Shown here: piece after piece, positions 5,897 through 15,896 of the stretch | Position numbering within the stretch: the first letter of the stretch is position 1 | Layout of the letters: each line of letters opens with the position of its first letter | Program-made: the position numbers and the translations under genes | IMG/VR virus record: IMGVR_UViG_3300050154_000078 | Span: 1-29,247 of that record | Reading direction: 5' to 3' (one strand) | Origin: a virus | Lineage: Duplodnaviria; Caudoviricetes | Length of the DNA stretch: 29,247 nt | The notes under the pieces: model-generated | What the model saw: only the letters and a program-made list of their open reading frames with translations | Told to the model about the DNA's origin: nothing | Databases searched by the model: none

Positions 5897-8800
5897 TCAA
5901 GTTGCGAATTGCGTGATCGCGCCGGACAGCGTCATCGTGGACGCGATGACAGAGCCGAAGTACGTGAAGGCCGCGGCGAACCCAGTCGCCGCGCTGGTGA
6001 CGACGACTGAAGGACCGCCGGGCGAACTCGCGGAGTAGGAGGTGTACGCAGCGGCCGCGTCGATCAAGGCAGCCAGCGCCGATGCAACAGCCGTCATCGT
6101 GTCGCCGCCAGATGCCGTGTAGTCGAAGTTCGTTCCCGCCAGTGTCACGCGGTAGGTGTATCCAGCGGCCGCGGTCCCGCCGAAGATGAACGAGCTGATC
6201 TGAGGCAGCGCCGATGGGATTGCTGCGCTGCCAGGGCTCTGCACCGATGCGCTCAGCGCGTAGGGCGGGGACGCGCTCAGGCTCAGCGCGATGTTGGCCG
6301 CGCCAGCAGGGCCTACGACTACGCCAACCGGCGTGCTCTCCAGGTAGTTCTGCCCGTACTGGAAGCCTGGGCCTGTCCACGCGGTGTCGGCGTTCGCCAG
6401 GTCGCGCATCGCCGCATGCACATAGGCCGCAGGCACCGAACTGGTCGTGGTGTAGGTGACCGAGCAGGCGACGGTGTCGGCCGGGAAGATGACTTGCGCC
6501 GAGAAAGTGACCCCGGCTGGAATTGTTGCCGCGTTGCCAGTGACGGGGTTCGTGATTGGCAGGTAGGCCAGGAACGATGTGCCTGCGGCGGCGTCCGATG
6601 CGCGCTGGATCTGGACTGCGGTGACGGCGTTGTCTCCTCCCGGCGTCGATACGGCCGCAGAGTAGGCAACACCTGCAGCGCCCGTCACCGTAATCAGCGC
6701 GCCGCTCGACGTTGCCGCATACGCCGCTGTGGCATCAATGGCCGCCGCGAATGACGCCGCTGCGCCAGCTAGATTCGTGTCGCCGCTAACGGTTGTGTAG
6801 TCGATGGTCAGGCTTCCCAGCACTGCGCGCAGCAGCACGCCGGCGGCGAATGTGCCGCCAAGCGTTATTTGGTACACCTGCGGGATCGAGCTTGCAGCGC
6901 CTGCCGCCGCGCTGGTGCTGCCGATGTAGCCCTCTCCCACAACTGCGCTCACCTGCGTCACATCGATGCGAAGGGCGGTCCCCAGGCCGACCCCATCAGC
7001 CAGCTGCTGCGCGCGGGTGTAGGTGGCCTGCGTCGCGGTGGCTGAGATCGTGCGGCGCAGGGTCGTGGGGCCCAGCGTGTACACGCGCACGACGTAGGCC
7101 TCGCTCGCCTCACCAAGGCGCACGCCGGTAGATGGCAGGAACACAGTCGAAAGCCGTGAGCGCCTGCGCCAGGTGATCAGCACGTCCTGGCTGGGCTGCG
7201 CAGCCGCGCGAATGTCCACAGGAGCCAACGGCTTCAGCCCGCGATTGCTGTTGGTGAAGTTCGTCGTCGCAGGCAGCACCGTCGATCCCAGTGTGCCGCT
7301 GCGCAGATAGCGCGCCTGCCCCGTCTCGGATGCCTGCTGGGCCACACGCCGCAGGCCGCGCATGCGCAGCAGCGCGCAGCGTTCGGCGGCCACATGCGTT
7401 CCCATGGCCCACTCAGTGCCGCGCTGGCCGCGCAGCAGGCCGCTGACGGTGTACACGCCAGCGCTGACCAGCGTCGCCGTGCGGAACCGAATCACCTCGT
7501 CGCCAACAAGCAGCACGTTCACTGCCTGGTCAGCCAGCATCGCGGCGCGCGTGCTGCTCGACAGCTGCCCGTTTCCGACGTTGACCGTGAGGGCGTTCTG
7601 CTCATCGAACCCGATGTCGGTGAACCCGCCAAGGGTTGTGGTGCAAGTGCCGAAGATGGCGCTCTCGGTGACCGTGGCCACGGTCGAGAAATCGGTGTTG
7701 TTCGAGCTGCTGAGCACCTGGCCGCCTGGCCATGTCGTGCCAGCGCCCTTGGCCGCGACGTAGTAGCCGGCCGCGTTGTCGTCGTCGCGCAGGATGGGGA
7801 TGTCCAGCGCCAGGAAGACGGTGTTGCTGGCCTTGCCTACGTCGTTGGCCGGCGTCTGCGTCGTGTCGGTGGCCTGCTGCGATGCGGTGGCTGTTGAATC
7901 GTCACCGATTACCTCGTATCCCAGCACACCCAGCGCATCGCGCTTGCGTGTCAAACGCACCTGGAAGGCCCGCCCGTCGCGGTCGATGATCTGGACCACA
8001 TCAGATGGGTCGAGCTTGGCGTATGTCATCGGCAGCGAGATCGCTCCAGAGACCAGCGCGGCCGCCGTGTCGATGACGACGGCGTCAGCGATGCCCTTGG
8101 CCTCGGCCGGCGTCATACCCACTCCGAGGCGCACGGTCTGCACGGCAGCTTGCCCGCCGGTCATGCGGTCGCTGTACTCAGTGCCAGCCTGCCCGTCGTC
8201 GTTGACGTTGATGTAGCTGACCGCCACCTGCGGCGGCAGTTCAAGGTCGTTGCCGACAGTCAGCGGGAAAGACTGCTCATCCGGTGCCTCGTTCTTGGCG
8301 GCCAGGTCGGCCCAGGGAATGGTGACAGCAGGCGCAACGCCGCGAGGCCTGAAATAGAGCTTGTCGCGCAGGCAGGCCTGAAAGAAGAAGGCGGTGCTCA
8401 GCTGCTCCAGCGTGCCGCGCGATGGCCCGGTCTGCAGTGCCAGGCTGCGCACCGGCTTTGTGATGCCGGTCAGCGCGCTGGCGTCCCAGCTTCCGGCTGG
8501 CATGCCCGCGCGGGCGCAGATGGCATCGACCACGTCCCTGACGCTCTCGGTCGTCGAGTTGATGGTCAGGCGCGCGTACCAGGTCGAGTAGGTCTGAGGC
8601 GATGTCGTGATGACGCCCTGTGCGCCGATCACGACTGATCCGACGAGTGCCACGCTGCGGGTGGTGAAGCCGAAAAGTGTGTTGCTGACGTTGCCCAGCG
8701 CCACCCAAGCCCCGTCGCGCAGGACGTAGAGATGAAATGCCCCGGCGCGCTCTTCCCACAGACCCAGCTCGCCGTCCAGGTTCGTGAGTTGGTTGAGCGT

Positions 8801-10042
8801 TCCGCTGTTGTTGGGGCCGTTGATCGTGCTCTGCAGCGTCAGCGTCGCCAGGTCCAGCACAAACACCTGATCGTTGCGGCCGACCGCGTACACCGTGCCG
8901 TCCATGATCACCATGCTGGAGACAGCAGAGACCATCGCCGCCGATGTCGCGGCCGGCGATCCGCCAGAGACGCTGTGCCGATAGATGCGGTTCGACGTGC
9001 CAGACCCGATGGAGGTCACCAGCATGTCGCCGCCGCCGATGGCGTAGCGCACGGAACCGGAGCTGCCCATCACCTCGCCGAGCGACAGTGTCGTGAAGGT
9101 GCCCGTCAGCCCACGGTTCAAATAGCCCGTCGAACTGACGGTGCCAAAGAGAGCCGGCGTATCGCTATTTCCGACCCCCTGAGATCGGTTCATAGCCGCC
9201 AGGTAGGTTCCAGCCACCGTCGCGGTGCCTGCGATCACGTCGATGTCGTACACCTGGATCGTGCTGTTCGAAGCGAACTCGGTCCCGCTCGTGGAGATCG
9301 GCACCCGAAACACAGTGCCGGTTGAGGCCGCAGAGCCGATGAAGGAGCCTGCCGCCGCATTGATCACAGGCCCCGCGCCGCTGCCCGCCATGCCGACGAC
9401 GGATAGCCGCGACAGCTCGAAAGTCAGATTCGGCAACTGGCCGCTGGAGCCAAGGTCCAGACCCTGAATCATCAGCGTCGAGCGGCCTCGATAGGCCGGC
9501 GCATTGCCCGCGCCGACGGCGGCCTCATACGTCGGATCAGGCAGCTGCGTGGCCGCCCCCGAGTAGAAGGTCATGGAATCCCAAAGGTCGGAGCCTTCCG
9601 AATTCGCCAGCGCCGTATCGGTCGCGCCGGTGAGCCGCGTCCACACCAGTTTGCCGTTCGACCAAATGCGCGTGACAGACGCAGCCTCGCAGTCGCTCAT
9701 CAACACCAGCACGTCCGTGACGTAGCTGTAGGAGGTGCTGTCTGGCCCTCCGCCTTTGCCCGCCGATGTGGTGGTCGAGACTTCGCGCTTCGGGCTGGAC
9801 CAGACGATCTGCCCGCTGACCCGGGGCGAGCCGCGCAACCAGGGGATGGGCTGGCCGTACTGGCTGCTGGTGAACCGCAGATCGCTGAGGCGCGGGCCCT
9901 CTATGCCGGGCTTGCTCTCGGTGGCCGCGCCCAGGCCGTAGCCGATGGCCCAGCCGGTGGAGATCTGGCTGTAGTCGCCCGTGTAGTAGCCGTACACGCC
10001 ACCCGCGGCGGCGCCGATCACGCCCATCACTGTGCGACCCAT
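5897..10042 (-). CDS. Large tail-tip/central fibre protein (Phage-tail_3, RcGTA g15-like), 1381 aa
   Basis: EGPRLSDL..SSQYGQPIP, RIWSNGKLVW, PAYRG, PNLTFE, LDIPILRD, SGLLRGQRGTE and WRRRSRL motifs; start at ATG 10042 overlapping the NlpC stop (the longer ORF call overlaps the upstream gene). Confidence 0.9.
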   Translation of the reverse strand: MGRTVMGVIGAAAGGVYGYYTGDYSQISTGWAIGYGLGAATESKPGIEGPRLSDLRFTSSQYGQPIPWLRGSPRVSGQIVWSSPKREVSTTTSAGKGGGPDSTSYSYVTDVLVLMSDCEAASVTRIWSNGKLVWTRLTGATDTALANSEGSDLWDSMTFYSGAATQLPDPTYEAAVGAGNAPAYRGRSTLMIQGLDLGSSGQLPNLTFELSRLSVVGMAGSGAGPVINAAAGSFIGSAASTGTVFRVPISTSGTEFASNSTIQVYDIDVIAGTATVAGTYLAAMNRSQGVGNSDTPALFGTVSSTGYLNRGLTGTFTTLSLGEVMGSSGSVRYAIGGGDMLVTSIGSGTSNRIYRHSVSGGSPAATSAAMVSAVSSMVIMDGTVYAVGRNDQVFVLDLATLTLQSTINGPNNSGTLNQLTNLDGELGLWEERAGAFHLYVLRDGAWVALGNVSNTLFGFTTRSVALVGSVVIGAQGVITTSPQTYSTWYARLTINSTTESVRDVVDAICARAGMPAGSWDASALTGITKPVRSLALQTGPSRGTLEQLSTAFFFQACLRDKLYFRPRGVAPAVTIPWADLAAKNEAPDEQSFPLTVGNDLELPPQVAVSYINVNDDGQAGTEYSDRMTGGQAAVQTVRLGVGMTPAEAKGIADAVVIDTAAALVSGAISLPMTYAKLDPSDVVQIIDRDGRAFQVRLTRKRDALGVLGYEVIGDDSTATASQQATDTTQTPANDVGKASNTVFLALDIPILRDDDNAAGYYVAAKGAGTTWPGGQVLSSSNNTDFSTVATVTESAIFGTCTTTLGGFTDIGFDEQNALTVNVGNGQLSSSTRAAMLADQAVNVLLVGDEVIRFRTATLVSAGVYTVSGLLRGQRGTEWAMGTHVAAERCALLRMRGLRRVAQQASETGQARYLRSGTLGSTVLPATTNFTNSNRGLKPLAPVDIRAAAQPSQDVLITWRRRSRLSTVFLPSTGVRLGEASEAYVVRVYTLGPTTLRRTISATATQATYTRAQQLADGVGLGTALRIDVTQVSAVVGEGYIGSTSAAAGAASSIPQVYQITLGGTFAAGVLLRAVLGSLTIDYTTVSGDTNLAGAAASFAAAIDATAAYAATSSGALITVTGAAGVAYSAAVSTPGGDNAVTAVQIQRASDAAAGTSFLAYLPITNPVTGNAATIPAGVTFSAQVIFPADTVACSVTYTTTSSVPAAYVHAAMRDLANADTAWTGPGFQYGQNYLESTPVGVVVGPAGAANIALSLSASPPYALSASVQSPGSAAIPSALPQISSFIFGGTAAAGYTYRVTLAGTNFDYTASGGDTMTAVASALAALIDAAAAYTSYSASSPGGPSVVVTSAATGFAAAFTYFGSVIASTMTLSGAITQFAT

Positions 10043-10470
10043 CAGGCGACCCCTGGTAAGCGATAGATGCCGCGAAGCTGCATGCTGCGAGCGAACATGA
10101 GGCGGGTCTCGATGCAGCGCGCCGGATGCCCGGCGTTGGTGGAGTGGATCAGGCTCCAGCCGCCGTGTGCGTAGTCGCCGACGATGCCCAGGTGTTGCGG
10201 GAAGTGATCCGTCGCCAGCACCAGCACCGCGCCAAGCTCGATCTCGTCCCGGCGCTGCATGAACCGTCCGCACCAGTCCAGCATGCTGCCGTCTGGCCAG
10301 CGGCTGTAGCCGTTCACGTCGAAGTCATCGGCCACCATGCCCAGCGACCGCGCGACCATGATCACCAGGCCCGCGCAGTCCAGCGCCAGGCCCGGCACGC
10401 GGCCCTGATGCGCCCACGGCGTGCCCAGGTGCGCGCGCGCCGCCGCGACGACTTCAGCGCCCGTCGTCAT
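10042..10470 (-). CDS. NlpC/P60-family tail peptidase
   Basis: ARAHLGTPWAHQGRVPGLALDCAGL (catalytic Cys), QHLGI (His), LIHS; sits between hub and tip genes. Confidence 0.92.
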   Translation of the reverse strand: MTTGAEVVAAARAHLGTPWAHQGRVPGLALDCAGLVIMVARSLGMVADDFDVNGYSRWPDGSMLDWCGRFMQRRDEIELGAVLVLATDHFPQHLGIVGDYAHGGWSLIHSTNAGHPARCIETRLMFARSMQLRGIYRLPGVA

Positions 10471-11348
10471 ACGCTGCCGTCCGGCTTGGCGGTGAGTTCG
10501 TCGATGCCTGGCAGGTGCGGCTCACCCTGGAAGTTCAGGACGTTCGAGAACTTCGCCTTGCAGTCCTCCGCAAGGCGCTTGCGGCAGCCGGCGATGATGC
10601 TGAATGAGTCGCCGATGACGATGGCGCTGATGGCCTGCTGAGACAGCGTGATGATGCCGGCCGACGCATAGGTCTTGACCTTCACCGACATGCCGACGTT
10701 CGCGCCGCTGGTCCAGGTGAGAAAGCCCTCACCGTAGTAGTCCGCAGTCGGCACGGCCGTCCAGAGCCCTGCGGAGGTGAAGATCTGCTTGCTGGTCACC
10801 GCCGACACGGTGCCGGTGCGCGTATAGGCCGCGGCCGTGAGCCGGCAGAGGTTGTTCGCGTTCGGCGTCGGGTAGTCGGCAAAGCGCGCTCGACAGGTAC
10901 GCGTCGTGACGTTTCCCACCGTCTGCTGCAGGTACTGTTGCAGTCCGCGCAACTCGGCGACGATGACGCCCTCGCGCAGCCCCACCTGGCCGAAGGTGCC
11001 GGCGAGCAATGGCTCAAGGCCGTCTCCCGGGTTGGCCCAGTTGTAGCGGCTGACGACGAAAGCCGCGTTCTGCCACAGGCCGCCGAGCACGCCGGCGCGC
11101 GGGAAGACGGTTCCGTCGTCAATGCTGGTCAGCTCGAGGTTGTCCACGCCCAGGCCGGCGCTGCTGGCCAGGCTGCTGATCGTCAGGCCTTCGGTCGCGT
11201 CGTACAGGACGCCGCCGATGGTGACGCTCTCGCCCGCCGATGTCAGGCCGATGACGTAGCCGTCGGTGCGCGTGATCTTCAGCAGGTAGCCGAGTGTCGT
11301 GCTCTCGCTGTTCAGGTGCGCCTGGTAGCCGGTCGGCAGCGTGATCAC
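10467..11348 (-). CDS. Tail hub protein (DUF2163/BR0599-like), 293 aa
   Basis: ITRTDG..IGLT, AELRGL, CRARF...C and GCRKRLAEDCKAKFSNVLNFQGEPHLPG Cys motifs; GTG start overlapping the upstream stop. Confidence 0.9.
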   Translation of the reverse strand: MITLPTGYQAHLNSESTTLGYLLKITRTDGYVIGLTSAGESVTIGGVLYDATEGLTISSLASSAGLGVDNLELTSIDDGTVFPRAGVLGGLWQNAAFVVSRYNWANPGDGLEPLLAGTFGQVGLREGVIVAELRGLQQYLQQTVGNVTTRTCRARFADYPTPNANNLCRLTAAAYTRTGTVSAVTSKQIFTSAGLWTAVPTADYYGEGFLTWTSGANVGMSVKVKTYASAGIITLSQQAISAIVIGDSFSIIAGCRKRLAEDCKAKFSNVLNFQGEPHLPGIDELTAKPDGSV

Positions 11349-11962
11349 AGCGGCACCTCGACGATGGCGATGCCCTGCACCTGCACCAGCAGGCCGCCAG
11401 GTGTACGCGCCACGGTGCTGGCCGGCATGTGGTCCATGTCGAAGCGCGCCGGCACGTCGAATGAGCCCGTCCATGTCACGGTGTTGGCCGCTGGCGCGCT
11501 GGCGATGGTGAGCACGCCGGTGGTGGTGTCCAGCGCCCACGACGCCGGGGCCAGCGGCGCGCCAGAGACGCGGACCTCGAATCCATCGGCGGCCGGCTTC
11601 TTGATCGGGCGATCCAGCGTCAGCGCCCCGGCGACGTAGCGCTTCGCGAGCTGGAAGGTCGTCGATGTGATGCCGCTGACAACGCCGCTGGCGTTGCCGT
11701 GCCACTCCGCGTGGTCGATGGGGTCCTTGAAGCGGAAGCGCCCGGCGCGACCACGGCTCGCCATGAAGAAGCCCAGCACCGCGCCGTAGTCGGCTTGCGT
11801 CTTCACGCCCGGGCTCACGTCCCAGCGCTGCAGCGGGTACTGGCGGCGGCTGTTCGCGTACTCGCGCGAGTTGGTGCGCACGATGTCGGTTTCGAACTCT
11901 GGGCCGCCCTGCGCGCCGAATGCGACGGCTTCAGGGAATCGCGGTGTCTCTAGGAAGGCCAT
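11345..11962 (-). CDS. Distal tail protein (DUF2460-like)
   Basis: FLETPRFP...FGAQGGPEFETDI, FRFKDPID, FQLAKRY, RPIKKP and FDVPARFD motifs; follows the tape measure. Confidence 0.92.
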   Translation of the reverse strand: MAFLETPRFPEAVAFGAQGGPEFETDIVRTNSREYANSRRQYPLQRWDVSPGVKTQADYGAVLGFFMASRGRAGRFRFKDPIDHAEWHGNASGVVSGITSTTFQLAKRYVAGALTLDRPIKKPAADGFEVRVSGAPLAPASWALDTTTGVLTIASAPAANTVTWTGSFDVPARFDMDHMPASTVARTPGGLLVQVQGIAIVEVPL

Positions 11963-11968
11963 GCAGCC

Positions 11969-11984
11969 ATGCTAGGAAGCCGCC
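11969..11984 (-). promoter_or_regulatory. Candidate late promoter motif, copy 2 (GGCGGCTTCCTAGCAT), head of tail-tip module
   Basis: Occupies most of the 23-nt gap between tape measure stop and DUF2460 start; 6 nt before ATG 11962; no Shine-Dalgarno. Confidence 0.65.
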
Positions 11985-11985
11985 C

Positions 11986-14900
11986 TCAGTTGTTGCGCGC
12001 GCTGGCGATCTGCAGGCCGCGCGCTGCAGATGCCGCGATCTGCTGCTGTGAGCGCTGATCGGTTCCGCCGGCCACCGTGAAGTTCTGGACCACGCTGATG
12101 GGGCGCTGCCCGGCTTGGCCTGATCCGCTGGCCGCCAGCTCCCGCGCGCTGGTGACGCGGCCGTCAGCCGTCGGCAGCATGTACTGCACGCCTCCGGCCG
12201 CGGTGAACATCTCAGGGCGACCGGATTCGTTGACGCGGACCATCGTGCCGGCCGAGACTGAGCCGCCGATCTCGCGGCCGCCGCCGTAGTTCGCGCCCTT
12301 GATGGTGCTGATGATGCTGGCCGTGGCCGCGATCACGCTGGCCATGCCGGCGAGGTTTCCGGGCCAGGGCGCATCGGCAGCCTTTGCCACGCCCGCTTGG
12401 ATCGCAACGATAGAGGATGCGATGGCATAGGCCTTCTGCGCCAGAAACGCAGCTCTGTAGACCGCGTCCTGCTTCTCGGTGCCCGACTTGGTCGCGTTGG
12501 CCAAGGCTTCCAAGGCGCTTGAGGTGCTGCTCAGCGCATTGATCTGCGATTGGCTGCGTGCATCGGTGATGCGCCGCTGCATGTCTTCCTCGATGGCCAC
12601 GCGCTGGTCGGCGTACAGCTGGGTGTTCGCCAGGTCGGCCTGCTGCGCCTGCATGGATGCATCGAGCCGCTTCTGGCCCTCGGCCTGGATCAACGCGACC
12701 TGATCCTCGATGCCGCCAGAGCCCGCGCGCAGTTGCAGCGTGTCGATCTTGGTGTCGGTGCGGCCGTTCTTGACGGCCTTCGTGTCGTCGGTCGCCTGGC
12801 GGTCGGCACGGGCCCGGCCGGCGTCCAGTTCGGCCTGCGTGATCTTGCCGCGGGCTGCGGCCAGCTCCAGCGCGCGGATGGTTTCCTCGCGGGTCAGAGC
12901 GATGCGCGCCTCCATGTCGCGCGTCTCGGCCATGGACTGGTCGAAGCGCGCCTTCGCGGTGCGGTCTGCCAGGTCCAGCATCGCCTGCCCGGCGGTGTAG
13001 GCCGCCAGCAGCTTGGCCTGCTCACCCTGCTGGAAGGTCTTCACGCCCAGTTTCACCTCGGCCTCAGCGGCGCGGAAGGCCTCGGCGCGGATGGCTTCGA
13101 TCCGCTGGCTTTCGTCCTGCGTCAGCGCGATATTCAGCGCGGCGGATTCCTTGGTGTAGGTCTCTTCCAGCAGCGCGCGCTCACGGGCGTACTTGGCCGC
13201 GATGGCCTTTTTCGCCTCGTTGTATATCGTGAAATTCTTTTGGTCTTCAAGTTGGCGCTTTGTGTTCTCGTCCAGCGCCTTGCGTTCTTCGGCGTTGATC
13301 TTTTCAAGGCCGGTCTTCGTGTCGGCCTTTAGGCCTTCGAGGTAGGCCTGCGCTGCTGCGCGCTTGGCGGCCAGTTTTCGGGCCTCTTCCGGGTCAACCG
13401 GTGACTTGAGATTCGACGGGGTGTCGCCCTCCATCTGCTGGCGCTTCAGGTCGTCAATAGCCTTCTGAGCCTGCAGCAAAGCGCCTCGCGCCGCCTCGCG
13501 CTTCGTCAGCAGATCGGCGTTCATGCCTGACACCTGCTCGTCGGATGGCTGCGGACCCCGCCCTGACCGCGCCCACTTCTCGGCGCGCGAAATTTCCGCG
13601 TCCAGCTTTTCGATCTGCGCTTTTGCCTCGTCGCGCACCGACATCAGTTCGCGCATCGGCGCTTCGGTCGAGCCGCTACGGGCCTTGGCGATACGCTGTG
13701 CCGCGCGCTCGGTGATGTCGGCGGCTTCCTCGGCGGCCGTCTTGACATCGCTGAACTTCAGGGCCAGTGCGCCGATGGCAATAATTGCGATGCCGATGGG
13801 GCCGCCCAGGGCGCTGACAACAGTCCCAAAGGCACGGGACGCCCCGGTGGCCAGCACCGACGCAGCCGTGTCCGCGCGCTTTGCGGCGGCAGCGGCGGCG
13901 GTAGCGGTAGCCTCGGCCGTCGCGGCTTCAAACGCTGCGGCGCGCGCTGTCACAAGGCCGGATTCAGCCTTCATCAGCACGCCGCTGGCGACGGCCTCAG
14001 CCTCCTTTGCGGCGGCCAGCTGCAGCGTGACCGTGCGCTCAATCGCCTTGGCCTCAAAGTAGGCCGGCGAGGCGGTAAGCATCGTTGCATTGGCCGTTGC
14101 CTGGGCCAACTGGCTTTCCAGCAACGTGACGTTCGCTCGCGCGGCGGCAAGGCTTGCGGCGGCCTGCTCCATCGTGATGACAGCCATCGTGTGGGCGACA
14201 TCGGCGCTCACGGCTTGCGCGGCGGCTCCGGCGCTGACTGTGACAAGGCGCTGCGCCTCGGCGGCGCGGGCGGCATTGGCCGCAGCCACGTTCTGCGCCA
14301 GCGCAGCCGTTGATGCGGCCAAGCCTTGCACGAACTTGCCGGCCATGGCGCCAGCAACGGTGATCGCTACCGTTTGCACAAGCGACCCTACAGCCTCCAG
14401 CGCTGAGCTGGTGCGCTCTGCCCAGGTCTTGATGGCGTCGTCGCGGCCAATGCCGGTGGATGTCATCGACAGCAGCTCGAAGCGTTCGGCGAGCTTCTGA
14501 ACCGTGTCGCCGACGCCCTTGAGGACGCCGACCAGAATCGCATTCTTGCCGCTGGCGCTGTCCATGGCGGCGGCAAGCGCCATAGCTTGGTCCTTGACCA
14601 GCTGAAGCTGTGCCACGACCGTCTGCGGAAACTGCGCGAAGTCCTTGCTGATGCGGTCGCTGGCCTTCACCAGCGCGTTCGTGACCACGTCGGCGGTCAG
14701 CTTGCCCTGCTCGCCCAGGCTCTTCAGCTGCCCGATGGGCACGCCCAGGCTGTCGGCCAGCTGCTTCATCAGGTACGGCGCGTTTTCCAGCAGGCTGCGC
14801 AGTTCGTCGCCGGCCAGCTTGCCCGAGCCGAGCGCCTGACCGAACTGGATCATGGCGCTGGACTTCTCGGCCGCGCTGGCGCCGCTGACAGTGATTGCCT

Positions 14901-15303
14901 TGCTGAGCAGCTCGACGACGCGCAGCGTGTCGTTGGCGTTGCCGCCCATCTGCTTGATGCTGGGATTCAGGCGGGTGAAAACCTGCACATTGCTGTCCAG
15001 CGCCGAACGGGTTGAGACGCTGATTGCGCGCAGCCGCTCGAACGCAGCCGCGCCGGCCTCGATGCTGTCAGCCGCCACGTTGACCCGGGCCTGCAGCATG
15101 CGGAAGTCGTCGGCGGCCTCGGCCATCTTCAGCGCGGCCAGAGCCGCCGCGTAGACCTTCACGGCCAGGGTGATGGCGTTGAAGGCGCGGGCGGCCTTCT
15201 CGGTCTCGGCTTCGACTTGCTTGCGGCCGTTGATCAGCTGCTGGGTTTCAAGTTCGACGGAATAGAAAATTGAACCGACGTTTGTGCCTTGCCCTGCCGC
15301 CAT
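11986..15303 (-). CDS. Tail tape measure protein (about 1105 aa)
   Basis: N-terminal tape-measure domain (AMIQFGQALGSGKLAGDELRSLLENAP...LGEQGKLTADVV), long Ala-rich helical body, C-terminal GGREIGGSV...VNESGRPEMF; start ATG 15303 or GTG 15306. Confidence 0.95.
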   Translation of the reverse strand: MAAGQGTNVGSIFYSVELETQQLINGRKQVEAETEKAARAFNAITLAVKVYAAALAALKMAEAADDFRMLQARVNVAADSIEAGAAAFERLRAISVSTRSALDSNVQVFTRLNPSIKQMGGNANDTLRVVELLSKAITVSGASAAEKSSAMIQFGQALGSGKLAGDELRSLLENAPYLMKQLADSLGVPIGQLKSLGEQGKLTADVVTNALVKASDRISKDFAQFPQTVVAQLQLVKDQAMALAAAMDSASGKNAILVGVLKGVGDTVQKLAERFELLSMTSTGIGRDDAIKTWAERTSSALEAVGSLVQTVAITVAGAMAGKFVQGLAASTAALAQNVAAANAARAAEAQRLVTVSAGAAAQAVSADVAHTMAVITMEQAAASLAAARANVTLLESQLAQATANATMLTASPAYFEAKAIERTVTLQLAAAKEAEAVASGVLMKAESGLVTARAAAFEAATAEATATAAAAAAKRADTAASVLATGASRAFGTVVSALGGPIGIAIIAIGALALKFSDVKTAAEEAADITERAAQRIAKARSGSTEAPMRELMSVRDEAKAQIEKLDAEISRAEKWARSGRGPQPSDEQVSGMNADLLTKREAARGALLQAQKAIDDLKRQQMEGDTPSNLKSPVDPEEARKLAAKRAAAQAYLEGLKADTKTGLEKINAEERKALDENTKRQLEDQKNFTIYNEAKKAIAAKYARERALLEETYTKESAALNIALTQDESQRIEAIRAEAFRAAEAEVKLGVKTFQQGEQAKLLAAYTAGQAMLDLADRTAKARFDQSMAETRDMEARIALTREETIRALELAAARGKITQAELDAGRARADRQATDDTKAVKNGRTDTKIDTLQLRAGSGGIEDQVALIQAEGQKRLDASMQAQQADLANTQLYADQRVAIEEDMQRRITDARSQSQINALSSTSSALEALANATKSGTEKQDAVYRAAFLAQKAYAIASSIVAIQAGVAKAADAPWPGNLAGMASVIAATASIISTIKGANYGGGREIGGSVSAGTMVRVNESGRPEMFTAAGGVQYMLPTADGRVTSARELAASGSGQAGQRPISVVQNFTVAGGTDQRSQQQIAASAARGLQIASARNN

Positions 15304-15890
15304 CACTGCACCCCTTGCGCCGCCTTCGCGGCCTTGCGCCTTGCAGCGAGTTCGTCGAAGTGCCGCATCGCGGCGTCGTATTCCTCGCGGCTGGCCACCG
15401 GGCGCGCGGCCTTCTGCGGAAACTTCACATCCAGCAGCTGCTGCAGTTCGGTCATCGACAGCGCCTCGGCGTCGGCCGCGCTCATGCCCAGGTGCACGCG
15501 GGCCAGGGCCAGGAACTCCGACACCCTGAACTCTGGCGCGTACTGCCCGCGCTCTGCGGGCGCCTCGCCGTCTGGCCGGGCCTTGCCGACCATGGCGTGG
15601 TGCATCAGGTGCTGCGCGATGATCACGCGGTCACCGGCGGGCATCAGGCCGTCGAACCACCCGCTTTCTGCATGGCAGCCGATGAGGTCGGCCGCGTCTT
15701 CCTGATCGCAGAAACCAGCCAGCACATAGGCGGCCTCCTGCGGGGCGTTGGGGCCGTGCAGCGCCGCATACAGCGCCACCAGCTCAGGCGGTGAGCCGAG
15801 CGCGGCAAGCCGGCCCAGCGACGGCGAGAAAGACCAGGCCCTCCCGTCGTCGCCAGCCGTCACCTGAACGAAGCCGCACTCGACCAGCAC
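15303..15890 (-). CDS. Probable tail assembly chaperone (DUF6246-like)
   Basis: Immediately upstream of the tape measure; F.PSL...AALGSP.E, AQHLMHHAMVG and ARVHLGMS..DAEALSMTE patterns. Confidence 0.7.
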   Translation of the reverse strand: MLVECGFVQVTAGDDGRAWSFSPSLGRLAALGSPPELVALYAALHGPNAPQEAAYVLAGFCDQEDAADLIGCHAESGWFDGLMPAGDRVIIAQHLMHHAMVGKARPDGEAPAERGQYAPEFRVSEFLALARVHLGMSAADAEALSMTELQQLLDVKFPQKAARPVASREEYDAAMRHFDELAARRKAAKAAQGVQ

Positions 15891-15896
15891 CGCGGG

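Noticed and set aside
5240-10042. Diversity-generating retroelement or invertible tail-fibre cassette
   Set aside because: No reverse transcriptase, no template/variable repeat pair, and no invertase with inverted sites seen in the window.
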